This document shows, one piece after another, positions 33,169-46,038 of a stretch of 64,000 nt of DNA. The notes below the pieces were generated by a model. The model searched no databases. It saw nothing but the letters and a program-made list of their open reading frames with translations, and had not been told where the DNA came from. The translations under genes were made by a program, and so were the position numbers. Each line of letters starts with the position of its first letter. Position 1 is the first letter of the stretch. Source of the stretch: Anthoceros angustus (taxonomy: Eukaryota; Plantae; Anthocerotophyta); assembly GCA_010909165.1 (NCBI GenBank), contig MU008179.1, positions 620,001 through 684,000 on the forward strand, written 5' to 3'.

Positions 33169-34416
33169 ATGGAATCTGCAGACGAAAGATCTGGCTCAGT
33201 CAGGATTTGCGGCAGAAGGAACTGTCACCGAGGCAGCCGGGGCAAGGGGCTTGCCAGCTCTAGCAGATCCGGCGAACCTGAGAGGTCTGAAGGAACTCAA
33301 ACAAACGGAGAGCAGGAAATCCAGGGATGTCGAAAGCGGCGCAGACTGACTAAACTACAGTACGCTTCGGAACACATTGGATCAGACTATAGCGAAATCC
33401 CACAGGAAGTGGTAGAGCCAGTGCCAGGGGAGTCAGACGACGAAGACGCTCCAGGCGAGGGGGACAATGAAGCTTCCCGAAGGCAGCGCAGATCCTCCTC
33501 CCCTGCGCAGCGTCCCAGTCCACAGTCCTCCCAAGCCGCTGCTGTGCACGCTGCCACTTCCTGCTCAGCCAATTCATCGGGCAACAAGCAGGCCCTAGAA
33601 CCCGCCGATTTCAGCAAGCTTGTACAAAATGCGGGCAGCAAACAAGGCAAGGACGGATCCGGCCGGCGCGGCCGGAGGAGCATGAAGGTTGCCGCCGCAA
33701 GGGCAATCGCTCGCAAGAGGAAACGGAACCGCCGGCGCCGACGCCGGAATCCGGGCCGGCATCTCGCCTGGGTCCAGACCCGGGCAGCGGAACGAGGCCG
33801 TCTCCGACGACTGCTCCGGCGACGGAAACGGCGACACAACAGACGGAGGCGACGACGGCGGCGGTCGTTGTCGCCGTCCGGCTACCGGTCGCGATCTCCG
33901 TCGAGGTCTCGCTCCCGGTCGCCGCACAATAGCCTGGAGTCCCCTCGGAGCACCAAGGACGCCCTGGCGCTGGCCTGTAACTGGGACGCGGCATGGGCCA
34001 GCTGCTCTGCCGCGGCGGCTACCGCGTCCTCTGGTCGCACAACCACAACCGCCAGTAGCGGCTCATCAGACACCGACTCCTCCAGTGCTAGTTGGCTCAA
34101 GCCTGCGATCAAACGCAAAAACAGACACAAACAGCACCGCAACAAAAAACATAAGAACAAACCTTCTCAGCAAATCGACATCGAGGACTTATTGATCGAC
34201 ACTCAATCCTTGAAGCCTCGTCTTATGTTCACCAGATTTGATCTCAGACCCCGTTCTCTTGTTAAAGGTAATGCTCCATTTGTTGCCCAGCCGATGCCAG
34301 TAGGATGTTATGTTATCATACTTTCAAGTGCTTCACTTTTGTGGAAAAATATCACCCATTCCAATCTTGTTGCCCTTGATTCCAATTGGCTTGCTTCCAT
34401 ATTGTTCAACAGCTAA
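33169..34416 (+). CDS. Unassigned GC-rich, Arg/Ser-rich low-complexity ORF (strand and reality uncertain)
   Basis: 415-aa open frame, but other frames are also open and the minus strand shows an intron-like tract near 34105-34170. No recognisable domain. Confidence 0.2.
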   Translation: MESADERSGSVRICGRRNCHRGSRGKGLASSSRSGEPERSEGTQTNGEQEIQGCRKRRRLTKLQYASEHIGSDYSEIPQEVVEPVPGESDDEDAPGEGDNEASRRQRRSSSPAQRPSPQSSQAAAVHAATSCSANSSGNKQALEPADFSKLVQNAGSKQGKDGSGRRGRRSMKVAAARAIARKRKRNRRRRRRNPGRHLAWVQTRAAERGRLRRLLRRRKRRHNRRRRRRRRSLSPSGYRSRSPSRSRSRSPHNSLESPRSTKDALALACNWDAAWASCSAAAATASSGRTTTTASSGSSDTDSSSASWLKPAIKRKNRHKQHRNKKHKNKPSQQIDIEDLLIDTQSLKPRLMFTRFDLRPRSLVKGNAPFVAQPMPVGCYVIILSSASLLWKNITHSNLVALDSNWLASILFNS

Positions 34417-35412
34417 TTCCAATGCAAGACCTGTGATTTATACTAGAAGAAGAGTTGCACTAGATATTGGATTGATGTTAATCAATGAGCTCCTCAACCT
34501 TATTTGGTACTCATATAATCCAAGCTCAAAATCATTAGTGGTATGTATGTCTTTCCAATTGGGTTTCAACTGATGGAATGCAAGGAAAAATCAAGCACAT
34601 AATCATACTCGTAGAAATTAAATACATGAAAAAATACTCAATCACGTACATTATCTTTTCTACATCATAAAAATTTTCCCATATTAGATGCGCCTCTATT
34701 TCCTTACAGAATTTGATGTGAAATTGAAAGTGTATATTTTTGCATGTTGATACCCATACTTACATGATGTTACACATTAGCTAGTACAATGTTTAAGTCA
34801 TCACCTCTTTTGTTATATCATGATAGGTCTTGATTTACCTCTAACACTTGGATGAAATTACAAGGAAGGACACACTAGCTACAAATGGAGGTGGAAAATG
34901 GAACAGAACCTTGAATTTAGTGACGTTATGAAAAGGGCAGCTAAACACAGGCCATCAGAATTTGAGGTTCTACCCAAAGTATTACAAGATGCTATTGAAT
35001 TATGTGCAGCAGCTGACAGTGTAAAGCTCAACCTTAACTACACAATGTCAACATCTGTAAAGCTCAACCTTAACTACACAATGTCAACATCTTACTACAT
35101 AATATCAACATCTTACTACGCTGCTATGTATAATACTTTGAAAAACATTGTCTGTCATGGCATGCAATATCCATATGCATATTTCACTCAAAAATTGTGT
35201 TAGATGATTTCTTCGTATTTTGAAAAACATATTTTCAGGCAAAGGTTTTTATTAGCTACATGAATTCTAACTATGCCAAATTATACGGACGTTACATATT
35301 GTGCCAATATCAATATGCATATTTCACTCAAAAATTGTATTAGATGATTTCTTCTCATTTTGAAAAACATATGTTCAGGCAAAGGTTTTTATTAGTTGCG
35401 TGAATTCTAACC

Positions 35413-36332
35413 ATGCCAAATTATACTGATGCTACATATTGTGCCAATATTTTTGTCAGGCAGATATGCAATACAAGAAACCATATGGTTCATTATAATC
35501 ATGATGCTATGGAAGAAGTACTTGAAAATATAGATGCTTTTATCCATGAAAACCTTATAGCTTGTTTAGCTATAACAGAGAATGACAGCCCTAAAGTCAA
35601 GCATGTATTGCAGCTCATGCAATATTTCATGTTTTCAGCTCATACACTAGTGAACATATTGCTGGATAAAAGAATTTACTTGAAGCTAGTGGAGCAAATG
35701 TTGCTCTACTTTGCTTATGCTGCTGGACTTGTGACTGCTCGACTAGAGTGGGCTGAAGCAATCAAAGATCAATCTTTTATAGATAACAAGGCTGCTAAAA
35801 AAATTATTCAAGAGCTCTTACACCATATAAAAAATGGTAGGAAAGGAAAATTTTTTCCAGCTCAACTGACAAGGCCATCACGTTTTGAAGAGACAATTCC
35901 ACAAAATGTAATTAATGGAGGAGAAATCTCTCTCGCTAAATATTTAGATGAGCGAATGTTTTTTGTGAAGGCTACTGTAGGACGTAAGTATTCAAACTCA
36001 TAGATAATTTTATTTTTGAAATTTATTTGAACCCTCACTAAATCTTCGATGTGATATAATTTACAGCCTCCACAATAGCTGCAGTTTGCCATGACATTTC
36101 TGATACAATGAGGCGATTTGAACGCTACCAAGACATAGAAATTATTACAGACAAAGTTCTTGGACAGTGCGAGCTTTTTTACACAGTTGCTTCATGTGCA
36201 GCCGTTATTAGCTCCATGTTAAATATGTCGTTGAAAAGGTTTAACAAAATGAAAAAAGAATATAATAAAGAATTACATTCAAGATTCACCAAGAAGAAAA
36301 GACCTAGAAAATCACATCTTTGGTTGGATTGA
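35413..36332 (+). CDS. Spliced orphan ORF within an AT-rich island (exons ~35413/35461-35983 and 36067-36332)
   Basis: A 196-aa open frame in very AT-rich DNA. GTAAGT at 35984 and TTACAG at 36066 join it in frame to the 36108-36332 ORF. A possible earlier exon lies at 34898-35200. Confidence 0.55.
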
Positions 36333-37395
36333 CCATGGAACAAATTTCAAGTATGTCACATTGAGAACAATGAGTTGGTTTCAATTTGATTGGATTATAA
36401 AACAACCAATTGAGGGATGATATAAATTCAAAATATTTGTTGTACCATACTTTTGAGTTTACTATAGCTTCGTAACCCAATAATAAGAATGAATCTTACA
36501 ATGTAAACATATGAAATTATGAATTTTGTACTATTACCAGTACAGTATACTTAGTCTCTTCAGTTGCCAAGGTTACATTTAAAGCAAGCAATCATAGCCA
36601 TTGCTCCGACATTTGAACTTTCACAAGCTCATCAGTTTGAAGATTAGATTAAAAAGAAAAAGAACTACTATATGGACGTATGACGCTTTACATGTAAGCA
36701 TTCTTTGTAAAACATGATCTTGTTGATCCATTTATCTAACAATTTTTTCCTGCCCAATTTGGACCTTTTTACATACAAACGTATTTTGAATTAGATAATC
36801 CAATTTTTTTTGCTACCATTAAATATGTATGGACCATAGAACTTTCTCTAAAATTTAAAATTTCTCTAAACTTTATAGTATTATGTATTATATACATAAC
36901 TTGATTTTGATAGAGTTTCACATAAGACAATGTTTGGAAGTTTCAACATTGCTAAAATGAACATATCCCTTAAAAAGAAGATGGAAAAAATAAATTATTT
37001 AATAAAATTTTATGAAACTTTCTAACCTAAGTTAATCTATAAATTTGTGTTGAATTTGTTTTTACTTTTTCCCCATTAGATTAAAAATACCTCAAAAGTA
37101 GCGATAATAAGATACACATACCTTTTGAAGTGACACGACACTTCATTTGGCGGACTGTACAAAATGACCATGTATTGGAGTTGGATCTCATCCTCTTGCA
37201 TGTACTTACCACTTCATGTTTATTGTTTTATCATTCTTTTGATTCTTCAAGTTTCTTGGGCTTCAGAAGTTTTTGTTACTTGTTATTAATTATCTGTGTT
37301 AAATTATCTAACTCCCATTGATTTTTAATCCACTTGAGTTTGATTCTCTCTCTGTTTACATAATCTTTCTTGCAAAAGTAGTACTCAAATCTAAA

Positions 37396-37910
37396 ATTTC
37401 ATCAAAATTGTGTACTAAGACCATATATGTTATCTTACATTATCTAACTGTTATTGATTTTTAACCAATACCACATCGACTTTTGGTTCTTTTTGTGTTT
37501 GCATGATCTCCTTACCAAAAATCTCTTTGTGTTTGCATGATCTCCTTACAAAGGTCATAGACAAATCTAGAATTTCATCAATATTGTGTACTAAGACCAT
37601 ATACATTATAGGTCTCACATTATCTAACTCTTATTGATTTTTAACCAATACCACATTAAGTTTGGCTCTCTTTATGTTTGCATGATCTTCCTTGCAAAGG
37701 TCGTACTCAAATTTATAATTTCATCAATAGTGTGTACTAAGACCATATACATTATAGGTCTCAAAGTCTCTAATTTTTATTGATCTTTAACCAATACCAC
37801 AATAAGTTTGGCTCTATTTGTGTTTGCATGATCTCCCTTGCAAAAGTCTTAATCGAATCTAAATTTCATCAATATTCTGTACTAAGACCATATACATTAT
37901 AGGTCTCACA
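37396..37910. repeat. Tandem array, ~145-bp unit, about 4 copies
   Basis: AATTTCATCAATATTGTGTACTAAGACCATATA recurs near 37396, 37572, 37718 and 37862. Confidence 0.85.
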
Positions 37911-38878
37911 CCATGAAGGGAAGATTAGTTTTTAGAACACTTCTTTCATTACTTATTATAGCACTATCGTCACCAGCTTTTAATTTATCTCCTGAGCTTT
38001 CCCTAATCTTGCGTCTCTTGCAAATCTTTGATTTTCTATTCTCAGGAAGTTTATGGTAATCCCTAACCAATTAAAGATACAAACTGATATACGGCCCAGG
38101 AAACTATCCTTTCTATTGCCAAAGAGAAATCGTAGTAATATAATGGTAAAAGATACATAACATCATGTATAATGCAGTGCCAATGCTAGAAGATGCAAAA
38201 GATTTAGTTGCTATCCTAATCTAGTACATTCCATGACATGATCAACTTTGTAGCTTAAACCTGATATCTAATTTGTTATCCCAAAAAGAATCATAGATAC
38301 ATAATATGAAAATTATGCCTTGTACCTTGTAGTATTGTACATGTTGTGATTTCATGGATCGAAATCCTCATGTAGAACACCATACTTATTGTTAGCTTAA
38401 GTATGAATTCTTTTTGGTATAAACCTTGCATTATGATCTTTTCTATGCAACCTGCATTATGAATATTTCTTCACAGCATTCATGAAATTATAATTCAATT
38501 GCAATACAATCCTCAAAAGAGTGGCAAAATTAATTTTCTTGGGAAAAATTAATATACATTATTTGCTTTCAAAGTAGATTATACACTTGAGTCCTCTTGC
38601 TATGCCTTCAAATGATATTGGTTTGAGCGTCTTAATGTGTTTGATTTTTGTGATACATAAATTTTGAGAAATAATTTTGTTGATATCATAAAATATACTA
38701 TGATATCGTGTCATTGTATTGTGACTATAGTTCATGAAGGTATCTCAAATTCAATATGTGATTAATATGTGCCTAAAACATACCTGACTAAACTAAAATT
38801 ATACGATGACTTTGGTGCAGTGATTTCAAAATTTAGTATCATTGTGAATTGCTCACTTTGTTAGTAATGAAGAGAATA

Positions 38879-39720
38879 TTAAGTTGAAGGTGTAGGGATG
38901 AAAGAAAAATTGATAGCTACAAAGACATTATAGAAGATGAGATGAGACATCACAATGCCTTGGATGGATGTACTATTAATATAACTTTCAGAATCTTCCT
39001 TGAGTTGAAGGTATAGGGATCAAAGAAATATTGATCCCTACAAATACATTGTAGAAGACGACAATGGACAACACAATACCTTGAATGGATGTACAATCAA
39101 TATAACATCAAGAATGTTGGTTGAGTTGAAGGTAAATAGATGAAAGAAATATTGATCCTACAAATACATTGTAGGAGACGACACTGGACAACACAATACC
39201 TTAGATGAATGTACAATCTATAGAACATTGAGAATCTTCCTTGAGTTGAAGGTATAGGGTTGAAAGAAATATTGGTGGCTATACATACATTGTAAGAGAC
39301 GACAAGGGACAAGACAATACCTGGGATGGATGTACAATCAATTTAACATTGAGAATCTTCCTTGAGTTGAGCTGTAGCAATGAAAGGAATATTGATGCTA
39401 CAAATACATAATTTGTAGAAGATGATAGGGGACAACACAATACCTACCTTGGATGATGTACAATCAATAAAACATTGAGAATCTTCCTTGAGTTGAAGGT
39501 ATAGATGAAAGAAATATTGATAGCTACATATACATTGCATAAGACCATATGGGACAAGACAATACCTTAGATGGATGTACAATCAATAAAACATTGAGAA
39601 TCTTCTTTGAGTTGAAGGTATAGGGATGAAAGAAATATTGATCGCTACAAATATATTGTAGAAGGTGAGAGGAGATATAATGCATACCTTCAAAGGATGT
39701 ACAATCAACATAATATTAAG
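38879..39720. repeat. Tandem array, ~120-bp unit, about 7 copies
   Basis: TTGAGTTGAAGGTATAGGGAT.AAAGAAATATTGAT recurs at roughly 120-bp spacing. Confidence 0.9.
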
Positions 39721-40984
39721 GACTTTCCTTCAACACAAACTTTGGGAGAAGAATGTTGGATGATTACTATTATCCCAATTCAGTTCATAAAAATATTGTT
39801 ATTATCTCAAAATTCTAGGCAAGGGAAAACATATGCATGTAAGCTTATGTTTACTAGCCCTACCATAACACCAATGCATATCATTGGATAGGATTCTTGT
39901 TTCAAGCAAAGTGAGAACTTTCACCCAACCTTTACTTATAAGGACAGGAGAGCTACATTCGCCTTCTTGTGATGTATAATAGTTTTGAGTTTACCTCCTT
40001 GTCTTGGTATTTGAATGTTTCTTGTTGATGAAATGCCAAATGTTCACTCTATCACTAAATTTATGACATACATATGAGAGCCTTTAACATGATCAAATTT
40101 CATTGTTATGAAGTTTTGAGCGAGATATACATAAACCAAAGGTACAACATGCACAAAGCAGATTATAACTTATAACTAAGAAAAAAAATATGTTTCTTAA
40201 CCATAGGGAATTTTTCGAATCCATAACAAACAAAAGTATTTCATAGTCTGCTTCAAGGCAAACACGAAATAACTTCTTACATAATTTTTATGGAAAGTAA
40301 AATATGATTACAGTTTATCTAGTTAAACAGATGATCTATGAAGACGAGGATATATGGATGTTTAATTTCCACATAGCAAATCATTTTTTCCATGATTATT
40401 TCATTAGCACCATTTCTTAAAAGAAAAGGAAACCTTAAATTTAACTTCCACAAACCAAATTATTTCTTTCATGACTACTTCTGCACCAGGGATTTAAAGG
40501 AAAGAGAAACCTCAACTGGTAGCCATTAATTAGATGTAATGTACTTTATTCTTTTTACTTAATTTACTTTAAAATACCTATAACCTTTATGCATCAATTT
40601 GATTAAGTTTTGGTTTTACCTTAAAAGGAGCACATTTTTGCTGCATCTTAAAATTCTTAGAAATCATAAAAATATTATAAACAAATCAATCAGAATAGTT
40701 AAACAATAAAATTATATCAAAATAAATATATGAAGAATAATTTAAAATTGGTTAGTAATCTATAAAAAATATTTAAAACAAATACCTGGTGTCTCAACTC
40801 AAGGCGTGTTGGGTGCGATTCGAAAAGTTTTCCCACACTTCTTGCTTACGGAAAGAATGCATACATAGGAAATTTTGAAGGAAGGAGGAAAGCATTGTGA
40901 CCGAAAGAGAAGCAAGGAAAAGCAGCACATATGCATGATATTATTTTTCATATTAGGTGAAGGCGAAGGGGAGGAAGGTGGGTA

Positions 40985-42547
40985 CTACAAGACAAACTCC
41001 AGGAAAAATCCGTCAGGGTTACTGGGGTCGGTGCTCTTAATCTCAATGTAGTGATACTTGGGTTTGCGCTTGTGCTGCCTGGGGCGGAAGAGGTGTGCTC
41101 TGAGGTAAGGAGAGCCCTTGAGATCGGAGAAGATGGCTTGGCACAGAGCCTTGGGGGACTTGACGTAGCCTACAAGCTGGTTGTGGGGGCCGTGCACATT
41201 GAGCTTCAGCTCTTTCAACTGCGAAATAGCGCAGTCCAGACCGGTGCTGTTGCCGGCATTGGCATTGGCATTGGCAATGCAGGTCTCCCCGTCCTGCCCG
41301 CCGGCCCTAGACCTGCTGGGCGTGTTGTACCCGCTACAGCTGCTGCGACACATTCTGTCCCTACCCGACACGCTCTCACTCTCGCACCAGAGGGAGAGGG
41401 AGCGGGAACTGCTGGACCGGGAGGTGGAGGAGGAGGTGAGGAGCGGGCAGGAGGGAGGAGGAGGAGGCGGCCTGGCGCAGGTGTCGGGAGTCTGCACGTT
41501 GTACCTGCAGGCAGGGGAGCTGAGGGTGTGGCGCTCGGAAGCGGGCAGTGCTGGGCAGTTGAGCCTGCAGACGAGCTGCGACATGGAGACCTTGATCTGG
41601 TTGAGCGCGGCCAGGAGGGCCGTCGCCCGGAGAGAGCAGGAGGGCGGGTTGTCGGACACCTTGGCGATCACCTGATTGAGCAGGCACAGGATGTGCCCCG
41701 CGACCTGACTCCGGCGCGACTCGGAGGTGTTGGGTGAGGTGAGGGATCTGACCTTGCTCACCAGCTCGCGGAGCTTGGATGTTACCGGGCCCGAGAGGTC
41801 GGACTGGGCCAGGTCCAGGAGCTGAGTCACGTCCGCCTCCACCTGCGCCAGGAAGCACTCCGTGTCCCCGGACCCGGGCTGGTGATCGTAGGTGAGCTGG
41901 GCGGCCGAGGCCGGGTTGCGGAGCCGGTTTAGGATCTTCTCCACCTCCGGGAGGATGAGCTCCGTGATGTGCACCTTCTCGCAGCGCGGGGTGCGGCCGC
42001 AGCTGGTGTCCATGTAGTGCGACAGGATCTCCTCCACCAGCTTCACCTTGAGGCAGTTGCCCAGGGCGTCGGTCACCGGCCCGTTGTTGCATTTCAGCGC
42101 GTTGAGCAGGCCCAGCAGGATGGCCAGCTCCACGCACGACACCTGGGAGTCGTGCTTGGAGTTCTTGAGGATCGGGGACGCCCACTGGCAGGACGCGTTC
42201 TTGTTGATGGCGCTCAGCTGGCACAGCAGCTTGGTGAGGTGCGGGGAGAGGAGGTTGTCCACCGCCGCCCCGGGGCATATCTCCGCCCGCACCTTCTGGC
42301 ACCCGATCCGCTTCCGGCACTCGCTGCCGTTGAGCGTGTTGAAGTTGGCCGGGAACTTCTTGCCGTTCAGCTCCCGGATCACGCTGGCCGTCAGGTCATT
42401 GTTGAGCAGGTACACTTTGCCCTGGGTCACGCAGGGCGTGATCACGTTGGGAGCCTGGATCTTGTGGCAGTAGTACGGCACTTCCCGCTCGTACAATGTG
42501 TTCACTAGGTTGCAGTGGAGATTCTTGTCTGCATTGGGGCACTTCAT
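40985..42547 (-). CDS. Intronless orphan protein, about 520 aa, Cys-rich and helical with a Pro/Ser linker
   Basis: Long open frame with strong C/G third-position bias like the confirmed genes nearby. No family recognised. Confidence 0.8.
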   Translation of the reverse strand: MKCPNADKNLHCNLVNTLYEREVPYYCHKIQAPNVITPCVTQGKVYLLNNDLTASVIRELNGKKFPANFNTLNGSECRKRIGCQKVRAEICPGAAVDNLLSPHLTKLLCQLSAINKNASCQWASPILKNSKHDSQVSCVELAILLGLLNALKCNNGPVTDALGNCLKVKLVEEILSHYMDTSCGRTPRCEKVHITELILPEVEKILNRLRNPASAAQLTYDHQPGSGDTECFLAQVEADVTQLLDLAQSDLSGPVTSKLRELVSKVRSLTSPNTSESRRSQVAGHILCLLNQVIAKVSDNPPSCSLRATALLAALNQIKVSMSQLVCRLNCPALPASERHTLSSPACRYNVQTPDTCARPPPPPPSCPLLTSSSTSRSSSSRSLSLWCESESVSGRDRMCRSSCSGYNTPSRSRAGGQDGETCIANANANAGNSTGLDCAISQLKELKLNVHGPHNQLVGYVKSPKALCQAIFSDLKGSPYLRAHLFRPRQHKRKPKYHYIEIKSTDPSNPDGFFLEFVL

Positions 42548-43299
42548 TCCAGATGCGTGCGTGCCCTCGCCACTACGTAGTCCTTGAAAGAATATCCTTG
42601 TCCAAGCCACAAGTCGCACAAGTGCAACCCTCCAATGCTATCCTATTAGGACCTAGACCTGAACTCCCAAGCATTCAGGATGCAATGTAATCTGACTCAT
42701 CTCCCCAGCCACTATTGATGCTGAAGCCACTCTGTCTGGCTTCCAGACTCACGAGAGAATCCGCATTGTGGCCGGGGATCCGCAGACAATTAGCGCTTCT
42801 CAAGTATCAAATTGACAGGCTATCCGCACATGGAAGAGCAGAAACGGCAAAATCGAGATCAAAATGGTTCACTACATAACACATCCTTGTTAACACGAGA
42901 CTAAAATAGGAAAGCCAGAATTCTATCCTACAAGCCTAGTAGCCTCTAGCAAGAGATCAAAGTCTCCCGATTCCGCAGAGGCTCTGCCCAGCCTTGCTGC
43001 TGCGCTCCTGCGCGAAGCACAGGCACAGAGGGAAGACGCTGACGGTTGGAGAGTGGAAGTAACCGTCCTTTCCATCCCGATCGCGCGACCCGTAACTACC
43101 CCAACTGCCGCCACGTACGCCGTACCGGTGTGGTCCAGGCGCTCCAGGAACCAACCGTATAGCATGTCTGGAGCTACTTTTCTGGTCTAATCTGTTCCGT
43201 CCCGTTCCGTCGAGCACATGGTGTTTAATGTTTTTCCTTGTTGGTGAATTGTTCCATCGTTTTGATGCGCTGGCAATGGAGGAAAGGTGCTGCCCCGTG

Positions 43300-44221
43300 T
43301 AGGCTTGTGGCTTTACAATTTATCTATTTTACATCTATATTATCATCAAAAATTATGTTGTAATTACTGGATCCCTAGTAAGAGTCAGAAAGGGTTTTTT
43401 TATTATACTTAAATTACACCAAATTATAATTTTATATTTATAGATTTAGTAAAATTACATGATATATTTAATTTATATGACATACATAATATACATAATG
43501 TACGTAATATATATGTAAAATAATTTTAAAATTCTAAGATTTCAAGTAAAAAATATAATTCTGGAGTATAGTATACTAATATACTAGTATATTAATATAT
43601 AATTTGTATGTAAAATATTATAATTTCAAGTAAACATGCATAAAAATAAACTTATATGCTCCAAATGGAGGTATATTCTCTTTCTTCATTGTTTCCACTC
43701 TCCTCCAGATTCGCAGACATCCAATCCTGCCAATCTGTTGCTTCAATAATAGCATTGTGCCGTTTTAACATTCTACTATTATAGTAGACAAAAACAAGTG
43801 TTGTTTCAATAATAGCATTGTGCCGTTTTAACATTCTACTATTATAGTAGACAAAAACAAGCTTACTAACTCTGTCGACCATAGTTCTTGCTCCATTATC
43901 ATGCCAAACATGTTTCCATGCGCTCCGGTTTCTTTCCCCTCTTGTTGTAGTTGGAGGAATGGTCAACAACTTCGCTGCTACATCTGCAAGTTGTGCATAT
44001 TCCTCTCCATATGCTTCCCAACATTCCAAACTATAATACATCAACCCTTCTTGGAAATGCATCTCCTCATCAAATGCATAACTTACATGCATTCCACAAT
44101 CTGCCAGAAATTATATTTTTATCGTAAGATGTAACTATAAAATACTATTTTACCTTATAATGGTAATTACCACCGTAATTAGTACGGTGTTGGGGTCTTA
44201 CCCGTAATACCAACAAGCCTA
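43300..44221 (-). mobile_element. Internally deleted hAT DNA transposon
   Basis: TIRs TAGGCTTGT / ACAAGCCTA, with flanks GCCCCGTG and GCCCGTG (8-bp TSD with one C lost). Internal hAT dimerisation remnant W..YG.EY.QLA.VA.KLL.IP....GER..S...V......R..KLVFVYYN. Confidence 0.88.
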
Positions 44222-46038
44222 GCCCGTGTCGGTCCCGTGGCCCCCATGATGATGGTGGCTGGTTGCCGGGCTCATGCTGCTCGCGACGGGCTGGATTGTG
44301 CATCTCACGGCATGGTTCAAGTGGGCTGCAGGAATCTTTGCTCGAGGGACTCTTATGGAATGTTGGGGAACCTGTGTGTGCGGTTTCCCTTTGGAAGGAT
44401 GTTTTGGAAGCAGACTTTGCCGATGCAAGATGAGCTGATATCATGTCGGCAAAGGAGCTAAGATTGTGTGAAGCCTTTGGGTATATGATACACTATAGTG
44501 TGGGATGCTTGAGTAGTTTCCAATAGGTTACACATGCGGATCATTAGTGTGAAGCACCTGGAGCAACATCTCGGAATAAGGGTTTCTTTCATTGACATCT
44601 CTCCGTCTCGACATCCAGGAATGTGGAACGGAGGATCACAGGTGAAAGCAGCTTCGTAAGGAGGGGAGATGCGTCGAAGGCAGCAATAGGAAAGCATGCC
44701 AGCGTGCACTGCTGATGAGTGATGAGAGAACTCCAAGACAAGCAGGAAGACAGTGAGCAGGACTGGAGCTGTGGCCTGTGCGTAGGTAGACCTACCTCAC
44801 CGCCGAAAATTGGAATGACCACCTTTTCAGGGTACGACTGGCCAATGATGGAACCGTCCGATGGTAGATACACACACACGACAAGCCCAGCACGCCTTGT
44901 TCCGACCTAAACTAGAAAAAGGCGTGCTGTGAAACCGTTTAGAACAAGGGCGCAGCCCGCCGGGCCGGGCCAGCACACACTTCTAGAGCTGTGGGCTGTG
45001 GCCCACACGCTACAGGACTCGAGACTGAAGCAAACGACGACTTGGGTCATGAGAAGCTTGTGGCCGCCTGTTTTCGAGGAAGACATTGGCCAGCTGACGC
45101 GATCGGACCCTCGGACTCTGATGATTTTTTTCATATCTCCCTGACGAGGCGATGGCCGATGGGGCACTTGGCCACTGACATGGGCGTCGGACGTTTGTAT
45201 TTGTCAGGCTTTTCGGTGCCACGTTTGGGGCGGAACATTGCGGGAATCTGCAGGATTCCACCTCTCATTTCGTCGTTTCCTCGTCATGCTCATCCTTGAC
45301 AACAGTGCTAGGCTCCAGGAATCAAGACTCAAACGGCGGTTTACCCTGCTTATCGACTCGGTATTATGTACACGCATGTAATTAAGTGAAGAGAAAACGT
45401 GGTGGGTGTTTAAATTGTTTTCGCAACGTCACAGATGAATGTTGTGTACAATACAGAGAAAATGGACTGCGATTGCAGTTTTGCAAGGATAGTGATAGCA
45501 ATCCCTTGATCTGAAAGGCCCGTCACATCGGCCACCTGACACGTCTACATGCAAGGGAACCAAGTCTGATGCACCTGTAATCGGGAAACAGCGAAGCTCC
45601 AAGCACAGCGTGCGTTGGATTGGCTGGATGAAATAGCTGCTCCCGATCAGCACCAGCAACACTCCTATCATATGAAAGCCAAGGGAAGGTGGTGCGACAT
45701 CTGGCCCAAGGCTTGGATCTTGTAAGCAAATTTAGTTTTCCACTCAGATGTACCCCTCCCCCGACTGGCTCTGTATTCTTGTTCTTGCCATATTGAAAGC
45801 AGGAAAAACGAAGGAATCGAGCATATAAGCTTGCGGCCAGCACTCGCCACTTGATCAAACAGTAGCCCATCCCGATGTCACAAGCCAGATCTGCCGAGAG
45901 CCCGAACCCCGAGCCCCGAGTCGCGAACCGCGAATTGCAAAGCTGAGATAGCGGAAGCAGAAGCAGAAGCAGTAGTACGGCTCCCTCCATCCCGCATCCC
46001 GCATCCCGCACCCCGCGACCCGCAATGTCCTGCTACTG

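Noticed and set aside
41051-42508. Long plus-strand ORFs (228, 314 and 179 aa)
   Set aside because: Antisense shadows of the GC3-biased minus-strand gene.
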